From: Azolla caroliniana
Lineage: Eukaryota; Plantae; Polypodiophyta
Assembly: GCA_043228905.1 (NCBI GenBank)
Contig: JBHGNT010000021.1
Location: 9,672,001-9,736,000, forward strand
Length of the DNA stretch: 64,000 bases
Reading direction: 5' to 3'
Below the pieces are notes generated by a model. The model did not search any database, was not told the DNA's origin, and saw only the letters and a program-made list of their open reading frames with translations. Positions 24,794-37,340 of this stretch are shown in pieces. The position numbers and the translations under genes are program-made. Each line of letters begins with the position of its first letter. The stretch's first letter is position 1.

Positions 24794-27700
24794 TGTTGTG
24801 AAGATTTTCGGCAATGGTGTGAAAATTGCGAGGAACGTCCAAAATCAAGTGTGGTTCTTCACACAAGACATGAAACAGTGATAGTGAAGATACTGTTTAG
24901 ATTAGCTTAATATCTTGGTACGAGAAGATGGAGGTCTTCAAGAGCTTCCGAATGTACTTTACTACATTTGAAGCGGACAAATAAATGTCAAGTTATGCGA
25001 ATGTGGAGTTTGAGAAGAAGAAGAGAAAAACAAAACTGTGAGATATCCCACATAGATAGGAGAAATCAGGATCCCACAGTATATAAGTAGAGCCAGAACT
25101 TATTACTCTCTATTTATGAGTGGAGCACAGAATGTTCTTCAGCTAAAATTGTGGCTTAGCTACTCGAAATGGTTTTGACGGAACCAGATTCGAACGCGAC
25201 GAAACCGGACGGTGACGGAGTCGAAACCGGAACTAGAACGGATAGACCGGATCACCGAGTCGAAAGTGGACCGGATAGACGGATCGATCGGATAGGTTGA
25301 TCGCGACGATTTCGGTGTTAAACGAACAAAATCATCTAGACTAAAAAACCTATTAGAAATTTGTAATAAAAGGGATGCAAGCAAGGCTTGAACCTTGCAC
25401 CTCCAAGATAGGAGACAATAGAGTTACCACTAGGCTTAATCATTTCCTTAGAAATATTTTTTCTATCATTATACTTTTACATGGAAATTCTTGTTGAGAG
25501 ACAAGCTCAACATTTGTACGTACTACGATGTGTAACCAGTGCGTAGACTGGGTGCATAAAACCGGTATGCAGATCGGTGGGTAGAAAGGTCGTATCGGTG
25601 CGTAGAACCGAAAGGCCGTTAGAAAGATATTCCTCGTAAGGAATAGTTTTGGGAGTAAGTGTCGAGGCTCATTTATGAGCAGTCAAGTACTGTCTGTACT
25701 TGTGTCAGTCCATTGTCAGGGCTTGTATAAAAGTGCTCACTGAGCACATTCTATGTATAGATTGAGTATTACTTTTCGAAGTTAAGTTTGTGTGTTACTC
25801 TCTCTCTGTCTCTCCCGTGAGTACTCTGAAAACCTAAGCTTTCCATTAAACCTGCGTTTTCTGTTGTTTGGTTTTCCTATATTGCTTCCGCACGCCATTC
25901 TTTTCATGGTATCAGAGCGCGAGGGTTGAGAACCTCTACAGTTGACTTTGCTTGAAGGAAAAACCAACGAAGAAGAACAAGAAAACCAATGGATAGAGGA
26001 ATGGCTAGCTCGCTTCCAACAGAGAAGCTCGACAGAACCAAGTACGCATCTTGGTCCTACAAGATGCACCAGTACCTTCTCGGACATGGTTACTGGAGCT
26101 ATGTCGATGGAGCAAATAACACAGCACCCGATTCGACACACAAAGACTTCCCGGCATGGGAACAATCGGCGAGCAGAGTGCTATACTGCTTCGCGTCTTG
26201 TGTGGGTGAACAACTGCTAAGCTACGTTCGGGATGCAAAAACACCGAAGGGTGCATGGGAAAATCTAAAGAAGATTTTCGCCGCGAGCACCACAACCAGG
26301 AAGCTTCAGCTTCAACAGGAGTTGAGCAACCTACGACAACGCGACTTGTCGGTGGCTAACTATACCTCGAGGATTAAGGACATATGCGACTCCTTAGCTT
26401 CCATCGATGTGAACATCGAGGAAAGCGAGATGATCCAGGTCTGTCTTGGAGGTTTGGCGTCGAAGTTCGGGGCGTTCCGAACTGCAGTGTGTACCCGGGA
26501 GAATATGCCGTCCTTTTTCGACTTACAGTCGATGCTCATGGTAGAGGAGAACCACGCGGGTGCGTCGACGAGCACGCACACCGACAGCAAGATGTTGTAC
26601 ACGGAGGGAGAAAGGCCCCGTGGTCGTGATGGACGAGGCGAGTCGGTACGCAATGGAAGCGGCTGACGGGATCAAGGAAGAACGCACCGAAGTGATGCCG
26701 ACAGCAATTCCGGACCCTTCGGAAACAGGGGGAGTCAAGGCGACGAGAACCATAAAGGGAAATCCGCCATGGAATGCTAGTACTGTGGCAAGAAAGGCCA
26801 CAGGGAGAGCGAGTGCTGGAAGAAGCGCGCCGAGTCGGAGAGGTCTGGTTCCGGACATACCGACAAAGGAAATTGACAGCGATCGCACTACACCGAAGGA
26901 TCCGGAAAAGCCGGAAAAGGGTCAATCTTCGTGACGAGACACGAAGCAAACTCAATGAAACAGTCCGCCCCAAAATCAGACGAGGTGTGGTATGTCGACT
27001 CTGGCGCGTCAAATCACATGACGTGCCACAAGGAGTGGTTCTCATACCTTGAGAAACCGACGCAACTAGGAGTAGTCGCAACTGGAGACGACACTCCACA
27101 TCCGATCACGAATGTCGGTGAAGTTCCTCTGAGCCATGTCGGGCAGAAAGGGAAACTTATGAACGTGTTACATGTCCCGACCATCACGAAGAATCTGGAG
27201 TCGGTCGGGCAGATCGTCGACCAGGGGATGCAGGTTCAGTTTACGCATCTTGGGACCGTGCTTCATTGAGGAAGAAGTCTGTATTATTGCACAAGGGCAT
27301 AGAGATGGGAGGATGTTTATCCTCGACTCTACTGACGGTGGCACCGCAATGTTCACGAAGGGACAGAAAGTCGAGTCAGATATCGACTTATGGCACAAAC
27401 GGATAGGCCACGTCAACTACCAGCGGCTTCAAGACCTACAATCGAAACAAGTGGTGTTTGGATTGCCCAAATTTAGTGGCCGAAAGGCACAAATTTGTGA
27501 AGCCTGCCAGCTTGGGAAGCAACACCGACTTCCTTTCCCAAACGAGCGTAACCGGAGCCGGAACAAGCTAGACTTGATACACTCTGACGTGTGGGGGGCG
27601 GCACAAAACGTTAGTCTTGGCGGGAGCCGATATTTTGTCTCCTTCATCGACGACTACACGCGGCACACGTGGATCTACCTCATTGAGAGGAAAAGTGAAG

Positions 27701-30700
27701 TCTTCGATTATTTCCGGGACCTCAAAGGGTTCGTGGAAACGGAAATAGGAAGAAAGATCAAGTGCCTACGATCAGATGGCGGAAAAGAATACTTTTCCGG
27801 TCAATTCAACAGTTATCTACAACAGATGGGAATTTGGCGCGAATTCAGTTGTAGATACACGCCAGAGCAAAACGGCGTGGCCGAGAGAAAAAATCGGTCA
27901 GTTGTGGAAGTTGCACGCGCAATGCTGGAGGAGAAGAGCTTGCCCAAGTTCTGTTGGACCGAGGCGGTAAGAACTACAGTATACATCCAGAACCGGATCG
28001 GAGAAAAAGTGTCGGCGCACGAGGTATACTTTGGAACAAAGCCGAACTTGCAACATTTACGAGTTTTTGGTAGCATTGGGTATGTACATGTGCCGAAGGA
28101 GAAAAGGAGGAAGTTGGACGCAAAAGCCGAGAAGTGTATCTTGGTCGGCTATTCGGACGAGCAAAAGGGTTATAAGTGCTATAACCCGCGTACCAAACAA
28201 CCACGCGTGAGCCACGACGTTGTGTTTGATGAGTCTGTGTCCTGGTACTTGCCTCCAACTCCGGACCTCACCTCCAATCCAAGTTCTGACGATGAGGATA
28301 GCGAGGCCGAGGTGCCTCCGGCTGAGCCTGAAATCGAGACCCCCGAAGAGAGTCTGATTTCATTTCGGTTAAGTGGACCAGTCCGATGAAGAGCCGACGA
28401 GTAGTGGAGACTCAGCCGTGCATTCCCCGCGTAGGAAGCCGAGGAGACGGCTTACGCGCGAAGAGAAAGGGAAGAAGAAGGTGTCGGATTCCGGCACGGA
28501 TACGAATGAGTCAGACTGACGCGAGTCCGACTCCGATGGAAGTGGCGACGGGCTTTCAGGAACGAAGTCCGCGTCGGCCGAGAAGACCTCGACATCGGCA
28601 AATGACCGATTACGCCGATCTACCCGCCAAAAGAACCCAGTTGTGCGGTTTGGATACAACGAGTACATGGCACATCACTATGCGTACATGACCCGTGTAG
28701 CGGAAGTGCGTGAGCCGGGGAGCTATGCAGAAGCGGCGAAGGACGCGAATTGGCGCGTCGCGATGGAGGAAGAGATGCACGCATTGGCAGAAAACGAGAC
28801 CTGGGACTTGGTTGACGCACCGAAGGGTGTGAAGCCGATCGGATGTAGGTGGGTGTACAAGGTGAAGTACAACACCGACAGCTCGGTCAACCGATACAAG
28901 GCCTGGTTAGTGGCAAAAGGCTACGCGCAGAAACACGGCATCGACTACGATGAGACGTTTGTGCCGGTCGCATAGATGACGAACGTCCGTGTTTTGCTTG
29001 CAGTTGCCGCGGCCAAGGGGTGGCACCTACATCAGATGGATGTAAAGAATGCATTCCTGCAAGGTGAGCTTGAGGATCAAGTGTACATGGTACAGCCTCT
29101 CGGATTTCACTCCGGACCGAACACGTCGGCAATATGCCGATTGAAGAAGTCCCTTTACGGACTGAAGCAAGCCCTGCGTGCCTGGAATGCAAAAATCACG
29201 CATCGGCTGCGTCGGATGGGCTTTGCGACGTCAAAATCGGACTCCTCGTTGTTCATTCGGAAAGGTCGACTCGGTCCGGTCAGTATTTTTACTCTATGTT
29301 GATGACTTGGTCATCACCGGTGCCGACCTAAGTGAGATCAATCGCATGAAGCTCCAGCTTGCGGCATCATTCGACATGAAGGATCTGGGGGACCTTCATT
29401 ACTTCCTCGGGCTCGAAGTGATCCGCACTCCTGAAGGCATACTAATCAGCCAACATCATTACGTGCTGAATATGCTCTTCAAATTCAGGATGGCAGACTG
29501 TAAGTCCGTCTCGACTCCTCTCGACAGAACTGTCAAGCTTTGCCCCAATTCCGGCAAGGTTTGCGATCTGACAAGGTTCCGACAAGTTGTCGGAAGCCTT
29601 ATCTACTTGACCATCACCCGACCCAATCTCAGTTGTCCGGTCGGGGTGATCAGTCAGTTCATGGCACGACCTACCGAGGAGCACCTTCAGTGTGCGCAAT
29701 GCGTACTGCGGTACGTAAGCAACACTAAGGACCGCGGAGTGCTATATTGGACCGATACAACCCCGCAGTTAGTCGGCTACACCGATGCCAACTGGGCTGG
29801 CAATGTCGCCGATCGCCGATCCACGTCCGGACATGCGTTCTCTCTTGGAAGTGTCGTGATAGCGTGGAGTAGCAAGAAGTAGCCGACAGTTGCACTGTCG
29901 AGCACCGAAGCCGAGTATAGAGGAGCGGTTGTCGCAACATGCGAAGCCATATGGTTGAAGCGGCTACTTAAGGATTTGCAGGTGGCAGTGTCCGATCCAA
30001 CGACGATCTACTGCGACAACCTCAACAGCATCCAACTTGCGAAGAACCCCGTCTTCCACGCACGGACCAAGCACATTGAGGTGCACTACCATTTTGTCCG
30101 TGAGCGTGTCCTTTCTAGTGAAGTCGAACTTCAATATGTTCCGACGGATCGGCAGACCGCCGACATCTTCACCAAGCCTCTTGGTCTGGACAAGTTGCGG
30201 CAATTTTCGGGTGCACTTGGGTTGCGTCACTTCGACGTGCCAAACTTGTGGGGGAGAAACGTCCTAGAAGACCACGAAAGGGAGCAAGAAAGGAGCGGAA
30301 AAGATCTCGGATCGGCTGAAGAAGCCGAGAGCGGATCCGCGGAAGAGTCTGGAAGCGGACACAAGGGGAGCAGACAAGCCGGCCAGAAGGGTCGAAGCGC
30401 GCGGAGTCGAACAGGCCGAGGAGCGCGAGCGAGGCGTGGAGCTAGGAGAAGCCGGAGCGTAGGTCCAGCAGAGCAGGCGGAACCTCAAGTTGAGCTTGAG
30501 GGGAAGTGTTGAGAGACAAGCTCAACATTTGTGTGTAATACGATGCGTAACCAGTGCGTAGACTGGGTGCATAAAACCGGTACGCAGACCAGTGCGTAGA
30601 AAGGCCGTATCGGTGCGTAGAACCGAAAGGCCGTTAGAAAGATATTCCTCGTAAGGAATAGTTTTGGGAGTAAGTGTCGAGGCTCATTTATGAGCAGTCA

Positions 30701-31233
30701 AGTATTGTCAGTACTTGTGTCAGCCCATTGTCAGGGCTTGTATAAAAGTGCTCACTGAGCACATCTTATGTACAAATTGAGTATTATTTTTCGAAGTTAA
30801 GTTTGTGTGTTACTCTCTCTCTGTCTCTCCCGTGCATACTGTGAAAACCTAAGCTTTCCATTAAACCTGCGTTTTCTGTTGTTCGGTTTTCCTATATTGC
30901 TTCCGCACGCCATTCTTTTCAATTCTCATATTAGAGCTTGATTGAGTGACATGGTTATCATGCATCGCATGTAATGCATGAGCGCCAAATGGCAAACATG
31001 CATCACATGCATTCCATGCATTGTATGCATGTCTTGTACCCTCACATGCATCATATCCATGGGGGCGTCTAAAAAAGAGTGGATGAAGAAGAAAAACGGA
31101 ACCAATGTATTAATCAAGAAATTAAAAGTAAGAGATTTGTTATCCAATTGATGTATCAATCTTGTTCTTCAATCTATACTCAAGTGTTCTATCTTATCTC
31201 AATCTCTCTCTCTTTCAATCTATGATGAAGATC
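24794..31233. mobile_element. LTR-like sequence (24794-25491 and 30927-~31233) interrupted by copia A3
   Basis: Begins TGTTG exactly where the gypsy RT frame breaks; the two halves are linked by the A3 TSD; right end uncertain. Confidence 0.5.
25492..30921 (+). mobile_element. Full-length Ty1/copia element A3, mildly degenerate
   Basis: 415-bp LTRs 25492-25906 and 30507-30921, TSD ATTCT, PBS 25907-25918, PPT before 30507, gag-PR-INT-RT(YVDD)-RH over 25989-30512 with a few stops and frameshifts. Confidence 0.97.
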
Positions 31234-32069
31234 TGTGATGTGTCCGATAACCAACGTGACACTGGAGAGACGGGAGGTGGGAGTAAAGAATATAAAATCG
31301 GAAGTGGGTCCGATGGAAGATGATCCGGCCGGAATTCCGGTCTAAAAGAAAGCTAAAGCAAGTGGAAGTGGATTCGGGAAAAATCCAAGAGTTCGACGCG
31401 GAAGGAAATCATTCCAACCGGAAGCCAATCGAACGAGATCGATCCGGAAAGAAGTTCCGGAAGTCAAACCAGTCGAGACCGGTGAAAAGAAAGAAAAGAA
31501 AGAAAATCCGGACGGAAACCGATCGGTTGAAACCAACCCGAAAGGGGGCTGAATCGGTAAAAACCGATCAACCGATTCCGATGGAAGCCGATCTAACTGA
31601 ATCGGTAAATATGAATCAGAATGGAAGCCGATCTAACCGAACGATGATCGGATGAGACCGATCCGGAAAGAAGCTAATCCGATTCAGTCAGAGGTTGAAC
31701 CGGTCGAGGCCGGTGAACACGAGGAAAAGAAAGCCAACCGAAACCGAACTTGACCCGGACGGGGGCCGACTTGGTTGAAACCAATCAACCGAAACAGATT
31801 CGGCCGAATATGAATCTGATCGGAAGCCGATCCAACCGAAAACCGATTAGGCGAGACCGATCCGGAAAGAAGGTAATCCGACTCAAATGGAGGTCGAAGC
31901 AATCGAGATCGGTGAACACGAGGAAGACGCCAAACAAGCACACTACCACAAACGACAAGGGCCAAGCGGATTTGAAGGGTGTTACCAAGTATGAGATCTC
32001 GACAAAGGAGGGCAAAGATGCCACGACACCATCCATATGGCTTGTTGGAACCCTTACCGATTCCAAGTA
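31234..32069. repeat. CCGG/ATCGG-rich block with three degenerate ~200-bp repeats, probably retroelement LTR/UTR
   Basis: GATCCGGAAAGAAG at 31441, 31660 and 31859 with similar flanks. Confidence 0.55.
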
Positions 32070-35000
32070 ATATCACAGGTACGAACGTAGTCGTCGACAA
32101 AACGACGCATGTGGGGCCACCAAAAAGATCGCTGCACTAGCTCCAACGTCTTAGTACTACCGAAATGTCCCGTTGTATGGGTGTCGTGACAATACTGGAT
32201 GATTTGAAGGCGACAGGAGCAATCAGGGACATATACGCGCTTTTTAAAGAATAACAAACCATCATGATATTCGAATTGTCGGTAGTCAATACCAGGTTGT
32301 TGAGACTGAGAACAAGATGCCCGAGAAGTATCAATGTGCGCCAGGATGTCTTGAGCAAAACTATCCGTTTTCAAGGTTGCACGTATGTTATCGGTAATCT
32401 GTGAATCCATCGGGGTGTGAAAAATCTGCGTTGTGTGCAATCGTGTTGGTCCCAAGATTACTTGCTTTTGATTATCAAATGTTGCATCACTAGGACGAGG
32501 TGCAAGATATGAACGCCATGATAGTGCATCTGCTTTTCCTTGCTGCTTCCCCGATCGATATGTGATTTTGAAGTCGAAACGCGTGAGGAATTGCGTCCAC
32601 CGAGCTTGCCGTCGATTTAGTACGTGAGTGTTCTGGAAATAAGCAAGATTTTTATGATCGCTAAAGACAATGACCTGATGTGGAGAGCCCTCTAAGAAAT
32701 GCCGCCATTGCACAAATGAATCCACGATGGCTAATAACTCCTTGTCATGTATTTCGTAGTTGATTTCCGCGACATCGAATTTGCGCGAATGGAAAGCCAC
32801 AAGATGCAACTCTTCTTTATCTCCTTGTTGAGAAAGGATGCTACCGAGGGCGAAATCGGATGTGTCGGCCTCCATGATGAATGGTTTGCTTGTATCCACA
32901 TGAGCTAGAATCGGTGCTGATGTAAAGGCTTTCTTAAGATGCCGAAAAGCCATATCTGCTTCGCTGGACCAAAGAAATGCTTGGCCCTTCTTCGTAAGTT
33001 GTGTGAGAGGTAAAATAATCTTTGAGTAATCCTGTATAAACTTACGGTAGAAGTTAGCAAAACCTAAAAAGCATTGTACATCTCGTACCGACCGTGGAAT
33101 TTGCAACTCTAGTACAGTTTGGATTTTAGCTGGATCCATGGCGATGCCCTTTGAGGAGATGACGTAGCCTAGAAATTCCACTTGGTTGCTGTCAAAGCTA
33201 CATTTTTCTAGCTTGGCATAGAGACCATTCTCGCGGAGTCACTTTAGTACTAATAGTACATGAGAATCGTGCTCTTCCTGGGTCTTCGAATAAATCAATA
33301 GATCATCAAGATAGATGATCAAACAGATATCCAAGAGGTCTTTGAATATATCATTTGTCATGTGTTGGAAGACTGCGGGTGCATTGGTTAGGCCGAACGG
33401 CATAACAATATACTCGAAATGCCCATACCGTGTGCGAAAGGCGGTCTTCCATTCATCTCCCGGTCAGATCCGCACGAGGTTATACGCTCCTCGTAGGTCG
33501 ATTTTAGTAAAAAACTGGCACCATTAACTCGCTCTAAAAGACTTGATATAAGAGGAAGTGCATACCTATTCCGGATGGTGACTTTATTCAATCCGCGGTA
33601 ATCAATGATGAGACGAAGTGAGCCATCTTTCTTCTTGACAAAGAAGATGGGTGCACCGGCCGGAGATTTCGAATGACGGATGAACCCGCTTGCCAAGTTC
33701 TCCTCTATGTAGGCTCGAAGGACTTCTAACTCGGTGGGTGACAAGTTGTAAATTGGTCCCCATGGTGGCTTGGTTCCTGGTTGTAAGTCGATGGGACAGT
33801 CATAGGGATGGTGATGAGGAAGGGTATCGGCTTTTACCTTGTCAAATACATCGGCATAAGGATGATATTTTGCCGGAAGTTGTACTGAGGAGTCCTTCTT
33901 AATAGTGCTGGAAGGATGTACTAATATTGCAAATAGGAACATTGCCTCCTTGGGTCCTTCTTTGCGTAGTTGATGGAGTGAAATGGTCGAAACTCGGTGA
34001 GTAGATTCTTGGGGTGGTCGATCTCGGACTTCTCTTGTTCTCCAATCTATGATTGGATTATGTAATTCAAACCAAGGTAATCCTAGGACAATGGGATGCT
34101 CTGGACTACTAATTATATTAAATGATATTACACACACAAAACTACCTAGGACAACTTGAATGGGTTCTGATTCTTCTACAATATTCCCGGAAGCAATGGG
34201 ACGACCACTACTACAGATGCGGGACAAGAAAGTTTTCTTAAGGATATCTGAGAAGCTTGGGCAAAATTTCGATCCACGAAACAGGAATTTGCTCCAGAAT
34301 CTAAAAGTGCTAGGATGGGTACTGGGAGAGTACTTTTAGTACTAACAATGACTTGGGCTAGGAACACATTGCTAACTTGCTTGGAAGGAATGGAACCACT
34401 AATGGGCTGCATAGATCTAGGGCTGCTATCCAACCAAACGGCTCCTATTTTGGCTGGACTCAATCGTTTAACTCTTCATCTAAGTGACTAAGGATTTCAA
34501 ATTTATTTGAGATACTTGGGCTATTAGTACTATGAATACTATCTGACACTCTATTAGTACTATTAATACTATCAGACACTCTGAAGGGAAGAATTGACTC
34601 GGGTTTAGTACAGGCGACGATTTGATTTACCTGTCTTCTTGGCCTATGGGGACAATTGATGGCGATATGCCCTGGTCCACCGCAATAAAGACATAATCGA
34701 TTGGCACGTCGTCGTTGCTTTTCTTCTTCCGATAACGGGCCGCGTCGACACATGGTGTCGATCTCCATCGGTGTTGGAATATTGGCTTGAGGTACATCAT
34801 GTGCAAACGGTTTAGCCGTGACTGAGGCGTATGTGGGTTCCGGCTGAGAGCGTGGTATTTGTAACTGACGTTCCGAACGCCGTTCGAAAAGGCGGTTGTC
34901 GCATCGGACCGCTCGACTGATTGCCTCCGTAAGAGACTTTGGTTCTTCGGGGAAGGTTAAAAGCAAGTCTTTGACATCGTTGCGCAAGCCGTAGTGAAAC

Positions 35001-35650
35001 TGCTCCATGAGGGCCTGATCATCCCAGGGGATATCTGAGGCGAGTAGACGGAAATCTGCCGCGTAGGCAGAGGCTGGACGATTGCCTTGACGCAATCTTC
35101 GGATCTTGTTGATCGTCGTCCTGATGTTGTCGGTATCTCCAAAGCAGGCTTTAAACTCACCAATAAAATCTTCAAAGTTATTAAGCAAGGGCGATTGTTT
35201 TTCTAGAAGCGGAGCAAACCATGCCAAGGCTGAGCCGCTAAGTAGCGTGCCTATTAGGCCGACTCGAGATGCATCCGTGGGATATCGGGAAGGATGCATC
35301 AGGATGACTAAACGTACCTGATTAAGGAATCCTCGGAATTGCAATCGCGTTCCGTCAAATTTCACAGGAAGTCCAATCTTGGGCTCTTTATGAAATCCTT
35401 GGGGACTTGATCCTTGTTGTTGCAACGCTGCTTCGAGTTGTTGTACCCGTAACGCTAACTCCCCATGTTGTTATTGCGTTTGTTGTTTTTCTAGAGCGAT
35501 TTGTTGCAAATCCCCTATCAACCGTTGGTTTTCTTTTAGGCACTGTAGCTCGGAGAAAACGGATTGGTATTCTTGGGCGCTAACAGTAGCCATAGTATAG
35601 GGAAAAGGGTAGGAGGATTAGGGAGAGTTACAAGTAGGCTGGAGGAGAGA

Positions 35651-35663
35651 CAAATTGGTTCAA
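35651..35663 (-). other. Self-priming PBS (TTGAACCAATTTG), complementary to predicted transcript 5' end at 35901-35889
   Basis: Perfect 13-nt complement lies ~32 nt downstream of the TATA box (35927-35933); no TGG tRNA-type PBS. Confidence 0.85.
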
Positions 35664-35952
35664 ACTGTCAGGAATAGTACTAAAGCAGAGATGGAATTAG
35701 TACTAAAGAAGAGCAGTACTATTAGTACTAAGAGGACGGGACTGCGTAAGATTCCCGAGAGAGGAAGTGAGAAGAGGAGAGAGAGAGAGAGATAGTGAGA
35801 ATGAGAGAGAGAGAAAAGGATGATGACAGCAGCTCTTATATTATGTGAAAAGATAAGTACAAATCGGCTAAGAGGCTTAAGATTGGCGTTGAACCAATTT
35901 GGTTCAAAACAATGCCTTGTGCCTCCTTTTATAGTGTTTTTAGGAATAATCC

Positions 35953-35987
35953 TGAAGCTTCTAGAATGTTCTAGAGAGATCTGGAAT
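35953..35987. promoter_or_regulatory. Heat-shock element array in chromovirus LTR U3
   Basis: GAAgcTTCtaGAAtgTTCtaGAGagATCtgGAA: four perfect alternating nGAAn units plus in-phase degenerate ones, ~20 bp upstream of TATA. Confidence 0.75.
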
Positions 35988-36116
35988 ATACATCAATTTT
36001 CTATGATAAAACATAAATGAAAATAATATCCTACAAATTACAATTCATAGTCTAATGGTAAGAGCTCGACCCATGTAGCATAAGGGCATGGGTTCGAGTC
36101 TTGCCATATCATGACA

Positions 36117-37103
36117 GACCGTGTCCCCGACTTTTCCCGGTTCTGGGACTACGATTCCTTTGTCTTCCGCGTTCTGATTCGGTAAGGAGCACTTTGGAGT
36201 CGGAGCTCGTATCCTTGTCTTTCCGACGTGCCTCCTCATCTAGCAAGATCGACTTCACTCTTGCTAGGGATAACCGTTTCCCTTCCGGCTCGGCGTTGCC
36301 CAAAGTGACAACCAACGTCTCCCAGCTATCTGGGAGGGAACCGAGCAGGAGTAGTGCTAGTACCTCATCGGCGAGAGGTACTTCCAATGATGTTGCATGG
36401 TGGATCAGCCGCTGGAAGGCATTCATGTGCTCCGCCATGCTAGAGCCATCTTGGTACTGGAGTCTTACTAGCTTCCGAAATACCGAAACCTGATTAACAA
36501 CATTTTTGTTCTGAAACATAATGCCGATCTTCTCCCAGAGCTCATGACCCTTGCTCTCTTCATTGAAGTTGTCGTATAGGCTCATGTCGATGAAGTACCG
36601 TATGTACGCCGTTGTCTTCATGTGCATCACCTCCCATATTGAGGCATCGATCTTGTCTGGGCTCTTGCCCCCGAACTGAACCGGCAACCAAAGATCTTTA
36701 ACCACGAGCATGTCCCTCATCTTCGACTTCCACACTGAGTAGTTGGAGCCGGTGAGCTTGGACATGCCTCCCAACGAATCGTCCATTTTTCTGTGTCATT
36801 TCGCTTTGATACCAGTTTGATGCGAAATATGCGGAATAATCTCCGGCAACAACCGAAGCGTAGATCACTTGATGACAATCAAACACAGAAGAAATGGGAA
36901 TGGAGGTAAGTACACAAATAGAAAAGAGAATACACCGGATGTTAACGTGGAAAACCCTGAGAGGGAAAAACCATGGGAGTCCACAGACTCCAAACTATCA
37001 CTATGTCAAGGAGTACAACAGGGAGCACAGAGGCAACGACCTCTTGCTCACAATCTTCTCCTAGCGACGGTTACAACAGGGACACAATCTCTGTATATCA
37101 CTC

Positions 37104-37153
<50 letters not shown>

Positions 37154-37340
37154 GCACTGTACAGATGTTACACCAATAACTCTATCATCATATACATTGA
37201 GTTTGCCCTAGATCATATTTATACATATATGTCCCTTCCATCCGATGAGATGTTCTCACCGGGCCTGCAACATCCGATTCTCACCGGGTCTTCCAATGCC
37301 GGGCCTTCGTATCCCATCCGGAGGGATCGAGATCCTAACA
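36117..37340 (-). mobile_element. Truncated Tnt1/Tork-like copia: 5' LTR, PBS and gag
   Basis: LTR 36818-37340 with (CT)n at 37107-37150, PBS 36803-36814, gag MDDSLGGMSKLTGSNYSVWKSKM cut at 36117 by the chromovirus LTR. Confidence 0.9.

Larger units (their letters stand above)
32070..36116 (-). mobile_element. Tcn1/Tf1-like chromovirus (Ty3/gypsy), 3' part lost within integrase
   Basis: LTR 35666-36116 (TGTCAGGA...TCATGACA); gag EPKIGLPVKFDG...CLYCGGPGHIAINC; protease LLDSGANS; [23 protein letters not shown]; RH NYEIHDKELLAI; integrase HD...GH...TCD. Confidence 0.93.

Noticed and set aside
31234-32077. Solo LTR bounded by TGTGAT...ATCACA
   Set aside because: ATCACA also encodes the integrase TCD motif of the chromovirus and the flanks show no TSD.
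36046-36107. Functional tRNA gene
   Set aside because: No convincing acceptor or anticodon stems; only A/B boxes remain.
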